Made by a program: the position numbers and the translations under genes
Virus genome (UHGV): UHGV-0361364
From: a virus
Reading direction: 5' to 3' (one strand)
Length of the DNA: 12,261 nt
In this document: positions 6,627 through 12,261 of the stretch, piece after piece
Layout of the letters: every line of letters starts with the position of its first letter
Numbering within the stretch: the stretch's first letter is position 1
Notes under the pieces: model-generated
Told to the model about the DNA's origin: nothing
The model's input: the letters and a program-made list of their open reading frames with translations, nothing else
Databases searched by the model: none

Positions 6627-6696
6627 ACGGATAGTCCTGGTATTGTTCCATCACATCCTGAGGATGCTCTTCGAACTCTTCAAATTCTTCTTCCAT
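6610..6696 (-). CDS. Putative 28-codon highly acidic ORF overlapping the ral start
   Basis: Hand translation from the ATG at 6696 gives MEEEFEEFEEHPQDVMEQYQDYPYDYDY then TGA. Strong SD GAGGTGA 5 nt upstream. Overlaps the ral ATG by 17 nt in another frame. Translation is unproven. Confidence 0.3.
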   Translation of the reverse strand: MEEEFEEFEEHPQDVMEQYQDYPYDYDY

Positions 6697-6806
6697 ATAT
6701 CACCTCAAATAAGTGGTTTGCTGCCTAATTTCATTTTCTGGCGACCAACACAAGTCACACCCATTTCACTGCGTGGCTTGCGGTAGTAAATTAGGTTTGT
6801 TCAGAC

Positions 6807-6830
6807 AATAAAAAACCCACCGAAGTGGGC
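6807..6830 (-). terminator. Intrinsic terminator (minus strand) after the 112-aa gene
   Basis: Stem CCCAC (6816-6820) / GTGGG (6825-6829) with a UUCG tetraloop on the minus strand, followed by UUUUUUAUU. The gene's TAG stop is at 6830-6832. Confidence 0.6.
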
Positions 6831-7168
6831 TATGACCATTTTTTATTTGGATTTCGTTGGTGAGCGTGATTAACAACTCTGTTCATTACATCCTCATATT
6901 TTTCATCTTCAATTTTTTCGACATCGCGAGGAAATGGTGTTGCTAATGCTTTGTCAACTTTGTCCATTGGGTCTTCATTAATCTTATATTCAGGGCCATC
7001 ATCTATAGCATTAAATCCAGGTGTTACACCGTTTTTTAATGCATATGCTATCCTTTTTTCCCATCTCGCTATTCTCCTCCTGTCTCGAGATGTAAGACCT
7101 CTATCAGATACTTTTCTGTTTTGTCCGCGGTCAGGATTAACATAAATAGTCTTTTTCACCATAAGCAT
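6830..7168 (-). CDS. Hypothetical basic hydrophilic protein, 112 aa, at the position lambda uses for sieB
   Basis: First ATG at 7168 lies 2 nt after the N stop (possible translational coupling; weak SD). A second ATG is at 7162. Product MLMVKKTIYVNPDRGQNRKVSDRGLTSRDRRRIARWEKRIAYALKNG... has an Arg-rich N-terminus and acidic C-terminal half, with no transmembrane segment, unlike SieB. Confidence 0.5.
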   Translation of the reverse strand: MLMVKKTIYVNPDRGQNRKVSDRGLTSRDRRRIARWEKRIAYALKNGVTPGFNAIDDGPEYKINEDPMDKVDKALATPFPRDVEKIEDEKYEDVMNRVVNHAHQRNPNKKWS

Positions 7169-7170
7169 AC

Positions 7171-7476
7171 TCAATAAGCACCGTACGGTAGTTTACTGTA
7201 CAATTTTATTTTTTGGACTGCATGTATTTTGTTTCCTAATGGGTTTGAATCTTTGTAATAAATACTTCTATTTTTTCGAACGACTTCTTCTTTCTTCTTG
7301 CAGCAAAGGCTTCCTAGCGATGCTGCTTTGTCTGCTCTGACGCAACCAGAGAGCTTTAGCGCAATTTTTCGCGCCAGTGCTTCATTACTGCGTCGCTCGG
7401 CAATAAGTTCTGCTCTGCGAGCTTTGTAGCGGCTTTTTGCCGTACCTTTGGATTCTTTCCAGACAATGGTTACCAT
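7171..7476 (-). CDS. N: N-type transcription antitermination protein (phage-21-like arginine-rich motif)
   Basis: ATG at 7476 preceded by strong SD AAGGAG. The N-terminal arginine-rich motif GTAKSRYKARRAELIAERR matches, as I recall it, the phage 21 N boxB-binding peptide. First gene of the leftward operon downstream of nutL. Confidence 0.8.
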   Translation of the reverse strand: MVTIVWKESKGTAKSRYKARRAELIAERRSNEALARKIALKLSGCVRADKAASLGSLCCKKKEEVVRKNRSIYYKDSNPLGNKIHAVQKIKLYSKLPYGAY

Positions 7477-7586
7477 GATGGTCTCCTTTAAGTGGCTTTG
7501 GCGCATGACGCGTCGAGGTGCTTATCTTCTCGATCGCTGTCTTGCAGCTGCAATTCGCGCCATCCCCAAAACCACTCAAGTTCTGG

Positions 7587-7627
7587 TCTCAACGGTTAGG
7601 TTGAGAGTCCGTCGATGTTAAAGAGCC
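7587..7627 (-). promoter_or_regulatory. nutL: nutL: boxA-like GGCUCUUUAACA (7616-7627) followed 9 nt later by a boxB-like hairpin with CUAACC loop (7587-7606)
   Basis: Minus-strand reading: GGCTCTTTAACA matches the boxA core GCTCTTTAACA, then stem TCTCAAC / GTTGAGA around loop CTAACC. The loop and spacing are the same as in the nutR candidate while the stems differ. Confidence 0.6.
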
Positions 7628-7673
7628 TGCCAATCTGTTCCGTTTGGCTTCCAGCGTCCTGCTGATGGCTTAA

Positions 7674-7726
7674 ATTTAAGACTTCTTAATTTATTGGCCA
7701 AGTGTATTTTTGAAGAAAACTTAATT
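7674..7726. promoter_or_regulatory. OL operators (P22 c2-type half-sites) overlapping a candidate leftward PL promoter
   Basis: ATTTAAGACTTCTTAATT (7674-7691) and TTTGAAGAAAACTTAATT (7709-7726) fit the P22 operator pattern ATTTAAG-N4-CTTAAAT. On the minus strand a candidate -35 TTGGCC, a 16-nt spacer and -10 TTAAAT overlap the first operator. Promoter hexamers are tentative. Confidence 0.55.
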
Positions 7727-7767
7727 TTATGGGCGTGAATTTAGTTTGTCTTTGATTTTTAACGGGA

Positions 7768-7790
7768 AATAAAAAAGGGGCGAAAGCCCC
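7768..7790 (-). terminator. Intrinsic terminator of the c2 transcript
   Basis: Stem GGGGC (7777-7781) / GCCCC (7786-7790) with a 4-nt loop, followed on the minus strand by UUUUUUUAUUU, immediately 3' of the c2 TAA stop at 7791-7793. Confidence 0.7.
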
Positions 7791-8441
7791 TTAAGGAAGG
7801 TTTGCTAGCTTGGCATCAACGACAACGCCAATGATTTTACAGTTCCCATTGATTTCAATCATTGGGTATTGTGGATTGAGTGGTTTCAGGAATTTTCTAC
7901 CGGCATCAATAACTAACTTTTTGAATGTCGCCTCGTTTTCTCCTTCAAGTTTGGCGACTACCAACTTTCCATTACGTGGTTCGACTTCTGGGTCGACGAG
8001 AATAATCATCCCCTCAGGAATACTCAGTCCTGCCGGGGCAGTCATTGAATCGCCTTTAACGTCGAGCCAAAAAGAGTCTTCAGAACAATCTACCGTTGTG
8101 TCGTACCAGTTATCTATTGCACGCCTATGATATGGCTCTACAGCTTCCATCCAACATCCTGCGCTTACCCAACTAATTAGAGGATACGAACCTCTTGGAT
8201 CATGCCTGCTGTGATAGGCAATGTTTGAAAGACTATCCTCTCCTTTCAACAGGTAATCAGGGGAGCACTGCAAAGCCTTGGCTAAGGCCAATAGGTTTTC
8301 GCCATTGGGCTCAGTTTCAGATCGCTCCCATTGGGAAATAGCAACATTAGACACGCCAACCATCTTGCCAAGGGCAGCCTGCCTAATCTTGAGTTCTTTT
8401 CTGCGAGCGCGAATACGCTCACCCATCAGTTGTGTATTCAT
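7791..8441 (-). CDS. c2: P22 C2-type prophage repressor (HTH DNA-binding domain plus LexA-like S24 autopeptidase domain)
   Basis: 216-aa product is near-identical over its length to my recollection of phage P22 C2 (MNTQLMGERIRARRK...QAALGKMVGVSNVAISQWERSE HTH; GDSM serine motif; C-terminal VVVDAKLANLP). The ATG at 8441 abuts OR3, which suggests a near-leaderless PRM transcript. Confidence 0.95.
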   Translation of the reverse strand: MNTQLMGERIRARRKELKIRQAALGKMVGVSNVAISQWERSETEPNGENLLALAKALQCSPDYLLKGEDSLSNIAYHSRHDPRGSYPLISWVSAGCWMEAVEPYHRRAIDNWYDTTVDCSEDSFWLDVKGDSMTAPAGLSIPEGMIILVDPEVEPRNGKLVVAKLEGENEATFKKLVIDAGRKFLKPLNPQYPMIEINGNCKIIGVVVDAKLANLP

Positions 8442-8507
8442 AGTTAAGACATCTTAAATAAACTTGACTTAAGATTCCTTTGGTGGATAATTTAAGTGTT
8501 CTTTAAT
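8442..8507. promoter_or_regulatory. OR region: three P22-type operators with rightward PR; PRM not mapped
   Basis: OR3 AGTTAAGACATCTTAAAT (8442-8459), OR2 ACTTAAGATTCCTTTGGT (8467-8484), OR1 ATTTAAGTGTTCTTTAAT (8490-8507). PR -35 TTGACT (8464-8469), 16-nt spacer, -10 GATAAT (8486-8491). cro SD GGAG at 8511-8514. Confidence 0.8.
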
Positions 8508-8521
8508 TTCGGAGCGAGTCT

Positions 8522-8707
8522 ATGTACAAAAAAGATGTTATTGACCACTTCGGAACCCAGCGTGCTGTTGCTAAAGCACTAGGCATTAGCGATGCAGCAG
8601 TCTCTCAGTGGAAAGAAGTTATCCCAGAGAAAGACGCCTATCGATTGGAAATCGTTACAGCTGGCGCCCTGAAGTATCAAGAAAGTGCTTACCGCCAAGC
8701 GGCATAA
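8522..8707 (+). CDS. cro: Cro repressor, P22 type
   Basis: 61-aa product MYKKDVIDHFGTQRAVAKALGISDAAVSQWKEVIPEKDAYRLEIVTAGALKYQESAYRQAA matches recalled P22 Cro almost exactly. Divergent from c2 across the OR region. Confidence 0.95.
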   Translation: MYKKDVIDHFGTQRAVAKALGISDAAVSQWKEVIPEKDAYRLEIVTAGALKYQESAYRQAA

Positions 8708-8713
8708 GCAAAT

Positions 8714-8755
8714 TGCTCTTTAACAGTTCTGGCCTTTCACCTCTAACCGGGTGAG
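8714..8755 (+). promoter_or_regulatory. nutR: nutR: boxA TGCTCTTTAACA (8714-8725) followed 10 nt later by a boxB-like hairpin with CUAACC loop (8736-8755)
   Basis: boxA is identical to the rrn/lambdoid boxA consensus over 12 nt. Hairpin UUCACCU-CUAACC-GGGUGAG, which matches my recollection of the phage 21 boxB. Same loop as the nutL hairpin on a different stem. Confidence 0.65.
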
Positions 8756-8822
8756 CAAACATCAGCGGCAAATCCATTGGGTGTGCCGCTATAACTCAAT
8801 ATCAATATAGGAAAATTAACAA

Positions 8823-9119
8823 ATGGCACAAGCAAGCTACAGCAAGCCAACACAGCGAGAAATTGATCGCGCTGAAACTGATTTACTCATCAACCTGTCA
8901 ACGCTTACCCAGCGCGGTCTGGCAAAGATGATTGGCTGTCATGAATCGAAGATAAGCAGAACGGACTGGAGATTTATTGCTTCTGTCTTGTGTGCTTTCG
9001 GAATGGCATCAGACATCAGTCCGATTAGCAGGGCTTTTAAGTATGCGCTTGATGAAATCACAAAGAAAAAATCCCCGGCCGCCACCGAGGATTTTAAGCA
9101 AATTGATATGCAATTCTGA
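8823..9119 (+). CDS. cII: CII-like transcriptional activator (P22 C1 / lambda CII homolog)
   Basis: 98-aa product. The C-terminus KKKSPAATEDFKQIDMQF parallels lambda CII NKKRPAATERSEQIQMEF, and the central HTH region is similar. SD AGGAAA 8 nt upstream. Confidence 0.85.
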   Translation: MAQASYSKPTQREIDRAETDLLINLSTLTQRGLAKMIGCHESKISRTDWRFIASVLCAFGMASDISPISRAFKYALDEITKKKSPAATEDFKQIDMQF

Positions 9120-9151
9120 GGGAATTACTGGATCAATCCACAGGAGTAATT

Positions 9152-9313
9152 ATGACAAAACGTCGTAAGAAATACCAGGAAAAAGAAGAGATTCGACACC
9201 CTGATTCACCTGAGGGATTAGTGGTAGCCGCAGCAAATAACAGGGCGTTCGCAGAGCGCCTTGTTGGTGTTTACAGACTAGCCAAAGCAGGAGTGAAACA
9301 TGGGCGTCGTTAA
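9152..9313 (+). CDS. Small basic hypothetical protein, 53 aa, between cII and the replication gene (below ORF-track cut-off)
   Basis: ATG at 9152 with SD AGGAG (9142-9146). Hand translation gives [53 protein letters not shown] then TAA at 9311-9313. Overlaps the start of the O-like gene by 14 nt. Confidence 0.4.
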   Translation: MTKRRKKYQEKEEIRHPDSPEGLVVAAANNRAFAERLVGVYRLAKAGVKHGRR

Positions 9314-10121
9314 GTTAGCTGATTACAGGCCTCAACTGGAGGTCGTGGAGCATCGCGTGGCAGATACCGAAGATGGTTTCATGCGCGTTGCTAACGAGAT
9401 TACCGACAGTCTGCTGATGGCTGATTTAACCGTCCGGCAGTTGAAGGTGATGCTCGCTATCATGCGCAAGACATACGGATTCAATAAGCCGATGGATCGA
9501 CTCACAAACACGCAGATAGCAGCCATGACAGGTATTCATCACACTCATGTTTGCGCTGCCAAGCGCCAGCTTATTGAGCGTAAATTCCTCATTGCTGATG
9601 GCGTGAAAATCGGAGTGAACAAGGTGGTTTCTCAGTGGATTAGCCAGGACAGCTTAACATTAGCTAAAACAGCTAATAAAACATTAGCCAAGTCGGCTAA
9701 TGGGTATAAGCCAAGTCAGCTAAACACAAAAGACAATATACAAAAGACAATAAATACAAATACCCCCTTACCCCCTAACGGGGGCGGCGATGGGCAGGTT
9801 AAACCTGAACGTCGCAAGGCAGAACGAATCGACTACGAATCCTTCCTGAACGCCTACAACACCGAAGTCGGTGACAGACTGCCACACGCTGTTGCGGTCA
9901 ACGAGAAACGCAAACGCCGCCTGAAGAAAATCATCCCACAACTGAAAACGCCAAACGTGGACGGTTTCAGAGCGTATGTCAGGGCGTTTGTGCATCAGGC
10001 CAAGCCGTTTTACTTCGGAGACAACGACACTGGCTGGACGGCAGATTTTGATTACCTGCTGAGGGAAGATTCGTTAACGGGAGTACGGGAAGGGAAGTTT
10101 GCAGACAGGGGGATTGCATGA
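9300..10121 (+). CDS. O: Replication initiator protein, lambda O / P22 gp18 family
   Basis: N-terminal region ([15 protein letters not shown]...[32 protein letters not shown]) parallels lambda O (VADLDDGYARLSN...LTKRQFKVLLAILRKTYGWNKPMDRITDSQLS). Contains the iteron origin internally. The stop overlaps the helicase start (ATGA). Confidence 0.9.
   Translation: MGVVKLADYRPQLEVVEHRVADTEDGFMRVANEITDSLLMADLTVRQLKVMLAIMRKTYGFNKPMDRLTNTQIAAMTGIHHTHVCAAKRQLIERKFLIADGVKIGVNKVVSQWISQDSLTLAKTANKTLAKSANGYKPSQLNTKDNIQKTINTNTPLPPNGGGDGQVKPERRKAERIDYESFLNAYNTEVGDRLPHAVAVNEKRKRRLKKIIPQLKTPNVDGFRAYVRAFVHQAKPFYFGDNDTGWTADFDYLLREDSLTGVREGKFADRGIA
9640..9765. repeat. ori: Replication origin inside the O-like gene: four 17-18 bp iterons with internal dyad symmetry plus an AT-rich tract
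   Basis: TTAGCCAGGACAGCTTAA (9640-9657), TTAGCTAAAACAGCTAA (9660-9676), TTAGCCAAGTCGGCTAA (9684-9700), TAAGCCAAGTCAGCTAA (9707-9723), about 20-24 bp apart, then an A-rich stretch 9724-9765 (ACACAAAAGACAATATACAAAAGACAATAAATACAAATA). Same architecture as ori-lambda. Confidence 0.8.
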
Positions 10122-11494
10122 GACAGGATATCGAAGCGAGCGTTATCGGTGGCCTGCTGATTGGTGGATTAACTCCAACCGCCAGTGACGTTCTTGCAAC
10201 GCTGGAGCCGGAAGCGTTTTCAATTCCGCTCTACCGGAAAGCCTTCGAGGTTATCCGCAAGCAGGCGCGAAACAGAAACCTAATCGACGCGCTGATGGTT
10301 GCCGAGGCGTGCGGAGAGGAGCATTTCACGTCAATCCTGATGACCAGCAAAAACTGCCCGAGCGCCGCAAACCTGAAGGGATATGCCGGAATGGTCGCGG
10401 ATAACTATCACCGCCGTCTGGTGCTGGAAATCATGGATGAAATGCGTGAACCAATTCAGAGCGGAACCATCGATACATCGAGTCAGGCGATGGACGAGCT
10501 TGTAAAGCGTCTTTCAGCCATCAGAAAGCCCCGTGACGAGGTTAAACCTGTACGGTTAGGGGAAATCATCACTGACTACACTGACACGCTTGACAGGCGT
10601 CTGAGGAACGGAGAAGAGTCAGATACCCTGAAGACCGGAATCGAAGAACTTGATGTCATCACCGGAGGGATGAACGCGGAAGACCTGGTGATTATCGCCG
10701 CTCGTCCTGGTATGGGGAAAACCGAGCTGGCGCTGAAGATTGCCGAAGGCGTTGCAAGCCGCGTTATCCCTGGTTCTGACGTTCGGCGCGGAGTGTTGAT
10801 TTTCTCGATGGAAATGAGCGCATTGCAGATTGCAGAGCGAAGCATCGCCAACGCCGGGAGGATGTCGGTTAGCGTACTGCGAAATCCTGCATCGATGGAT
10901 GACGAGGGCTGGGCACGTGTTGCTAAAGGCATGAGTCAGCTTGCAGATTTGGATGTATGGGTAGTCGATGCCTCGCGGTTATCGGTCGAAGAAATTCGCT
11001 CAATCGCAGAACGGCACAAACAGGAAAATCCAAACCTGTCACTCATCATGGCAGATTATCTTGGCCTGATTGAGAAGCCGAAAGCAGACCGCAACGACCT
11101 CGCAATTGCTCACATCTCAGGAAGCCTGAAGGCGATGGCGAAAGACCTGAAAACACCGGTTATCTCCCTGAGTCAGCTTTCGCGCGATGTTGAGAAGCGA
11201 CCAAACAAACGCCCGACAAACGCAGATTTGCGTGATTCAGGAAGCATTGAACAGGACGCAGACTCAATCATCATGCTCTATCGGGAAGCGGTATATGACG
11301 AGAACAGTAGCGCCGCGCCATTTGCTGAAATCATCGTGACAAAAAACCGTTTTGGCTCGCTTGGTACGGTTTACCAGCGGTTCTGCAACGGACACTTTGT
11401 TGCATGTGACCAGGATGAAGCCAGACAGATTTGCACAGCATCAAATGCACCTGCTGCGCGTGGCAGACGATATGCACAAGGGGCTGACGTATGA
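10118..11494 (+). CDS. Replicative DNA helicase, DnaB family (P22 gp12-like)
   Basis: 458-aa product with an N-terminal DnaB-like domain and a RecA-fold ATPase domain. Walker A reads [16 protein letters not shown], and a DnaB-type C-terminal arginine region is present. Translationally coupled to O. Confidence 0.9.
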   Translation: MRQDIEASVIGGLLIGGLTPTASDVLATLEPEAFSIPLYRKAFEVIRKQARNRNLIDALMVAEACGEEHFTSILMTSKNCPSAANLKGYAGMVADNYHRRLVLEIMDEMREPIQSGTIDTSSQAMDELVKRLSAIRKPRDEVKPVRLGEIITDYTDTLDRRLRNGEESDTLKTGIEELDVITGGMNAEDLVIIAARPGMGKTELALKIAEGVASRVIPGSDVRRGVLIFSMEMSALQIAERSIANAGRMSVSVLRNPASMDDEGWARVAKGMSQLADLDVWVVDASRLSVEEIRSIAERHKQENPNLSLIMADYLGLIEKPKADRNDLAIAHISGSLKAMAKDLKTPVISLSQLSRDVEKRPNKRPTNADLRDSGSIEQDADSIIMLYREAVYDENSSAAPFAEIIVTKNRFGSLGTVYQRFCNGHFVACDQDEARQICTASNAPAARGRRYAQGADV

Positions 11495-11519
11495 CCATCT
11501 ACATCACTGAGCTAATAAC

Positions 11520-11550
11520 AGGCCTGCTGGTAATCGCAGGCCTTTTTATT
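11520..11550 (+). terminator. Strong intrinsic terminator downstream of the helicase gene
   Basis: Perfect 8-bp stem AGGCCTGC (11520-11527) / GCAGGCCT (11536-11543), loop TGGTAATC, followed by TTTTTATT. Confidence 0.7.
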
Positions 11551-11551
11551 G

Positions 11552-12261
11552 TGCACAGAAAACCCCCAGCTAGGCTGGGGGTTCCGGAAAGCTTTCAGCT
11601 TTGAGCCAGTTATTAAAACCCCTTTTGATTTGTTAAAACACCTTGCGGTCTGGCAACTGCAAGTGTCAAACAAGAAATCAAAAGGGGGTCCCAATGGGGA
11701 ACGAAAAGAGCTTAGCGCACACCCGATGGAACTGTAAATATCACATAGTTTTTGCGCCAAAATACCGAAGACAAGTGTTCTACAGAGAGAAGCGTAGAGC
11801 AATAGGCAGTATTTTGAGAAAGCTGTGTGAGTGGAAAAGCGTACGGATTCTGGAAGCAGAGTGCTGCGCAGATCATATCCATATGCTTGTGGAAATCCCA
11901 CCCAAAATGAGCGTATCCGGCTTTATGGGATATCTGAAAGGGAAAAGCAGTCTGATGCTTTACGAGCAGTTTGGTGATTTGAAATTCAAATACAGGAACA
12001 GAGAGTTCTGGTGCAGAGGGTACTACGTCGATACGGTGGGTAAGAACACGGCGAAGATACAGGATTACATAAAGCACCAGCTTGAAGAGGATAAAATGGG
12101 AGAGCAGTTATCGATTCCCTATCCGGGCAGCCCGTTTACGGGCCGTAAGTAACGAAGTTGGATGCAAATGTCAGATCGTGTGCGCCTGTTAGGGCGCGGC
12201 TGGTAAGAGAGCCTTATAGGCGCATTTGAAAAACCTCCGGCTATGCCGGAGGATATTTATT
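11552..12261 (+). mobile_element. IS200-family insertion sequence (IS200/IS605 group, single Y1 transposase, no terminal inverted repeats); boundaries approximate, right end at or near the window edge
   Basis: Contains tnpA plus the structures recalled for IS200: left-end hairpin CCCCCAG / CTGGGGG (11563-11581); a long-range pairing CCCCTTTTG (11619-11627) with CAAAAGGGG (11679-11687) that sequesters the tnpA SD; right-end hairpin CCTCCGGC-TAT-GCCGGAGG (12234-12252) followed by ATATTTATT. Span of about 707 bp fits IS200. Confidence 0.7.
11694..12152 (+). CDS. tnpA: IS200 transposase TnpA (HUH / Y1 single-strand transposase)
   Basis: 152-aa product MGNEKSLAHTRWNCKYHIVFAPKYRRQVF...ADHIHMLVEIPPK...RGYYVDTVGKNT carries the HxH (HIH) motif and catalytic Tyr region, and closely matches recalled IS200 TnpA. 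Start at the ATG at 11694 after SD AAAGGGGG; the ORF-track upstream extension was rejected. Confidence 0.9.
   Translation: MGNEKSLAHTRWNCKYHIVFAPKYRRQVFYREKRRAIGSILRKLCEWKSVRILEAECCADHIHMLVEIPPKMSVSGFMGYLKGKSSLMLYEQFGDLKFKYRNREFWCRGYYVDTVGKNTAKIQDYIKHQLEEDKMGEQLSIPYPGSPFTGRK

Noticed and set aside
6951-7145. Plus-strand ORF 6951-7145 (64 aa)
   Set aside because: Lies entirely antisense within the 112-aa minus-strand gene 6830-7168 and has no SD.
7501-7554. Palindromes GCGCATGACGCGT (7501-7513) and TTGCAGCTGCAA (7543-7554) as boxB candidates
   Set aside because: Too short a stem or no loop, and not downstream of a boxA at the right spacing; the hairpin at 7587-7606 fits nutL better. They may still be protein-binding sites.
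7385-7579. Minus-strand ORF 7385-7579 (64 aa) overlapping the N start, and the N start at 7506
   Set aside because: No SD for either. The 7385-7579 frame overlaps N and would bury the nutL-proximal leader. The SD-supported ATG at 7476 gives an N protein with its arginine-rich motif near the N-terminus, as expected.
8764-8790. Inverted repeat AGCGGCA / TGCCGCT with a 13-nt spacer between nutR and cII, considered as a tR1-like terminator
   Set aside because: Large loop and no following U-run, so not a convincing intrinsic terminator. It could be part of a rho-dependent tR1 or a binding site, but the sequence alone does not support a call.
7810-10932. ORFs 7810-8130 (+), 8977-9168 (+), 9332-9526 (-), 9768-9995 (-) and 10576-10932 (-)
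   Set aside because: Each lies antisense or out of frame inside a confidently assigned gene (c2, cII, O-like, helicase).
11512-12077. ORFs 11512-11901 (-), 11549-11737 (+), 11712-12077 (-) and the extended tnpA start at 11643
   Set aside because: They lie within the IS200-like element, overlapping its structured left end or antisense to tnpA. The true tnpA start is the SD-supported ATG at 11694, which gives the canonical 152-aa transposase.
1-12261. CRISPR arrays, rRNA or tRNA genes
   Set aside because: No spaced direct-repeat arrays and no cloverleaf-compatible tRNA-like sequence that I could recognise by eye. A tRNA or tmRNA integration target probably lies just left of the window but is not visible here.

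Overview
The window reads as the integration-to-replication half of a mosaic lambdoid (P22-like) prophage, with an IS200-family element at the right edge. All calls are from reading the sequence and recalled protein families; no searches or folding were run. Left to right: direct repeats and a P4-type tyrosine integrase (182-1360, +), a convergent AlpA/Xis-like excisionase, then a long leftward delayed-early operon on the minus strand. That operon runs from an N antiterminator (7171-7476) through a lambda-like ral/cIII/kil block, an Erf recombinase with an SSB-like partner, and Ea22-like and DUF551 genes, down to several small membrane-protein ORFs. The immunity core is P22-type: c2 repressor (7791-8441, -), OR operators with PR, and cro (8522-8707, +). 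Rightward follow a CII homolog, an O-like initiator containing four iterons plus an AT-rich tract, and a DnaB-family helicase. The N protein and both nut sites look phage-21-like (boxA followed by a hairpin with the same CUAACC loop on different stems). The most plausible candidates for undescribed cargo are the terminator-bracketed 207-aa gene at 5766-6389 (cIII-ral interval), the 112-aa gene at 6830-7168 (the slot lambda uses for sieB), and the three small genes at 1633-2476, each preceded by a hairpin, U-run and Shine-Dalgarno. None of these three has a function I can assign from sequence.
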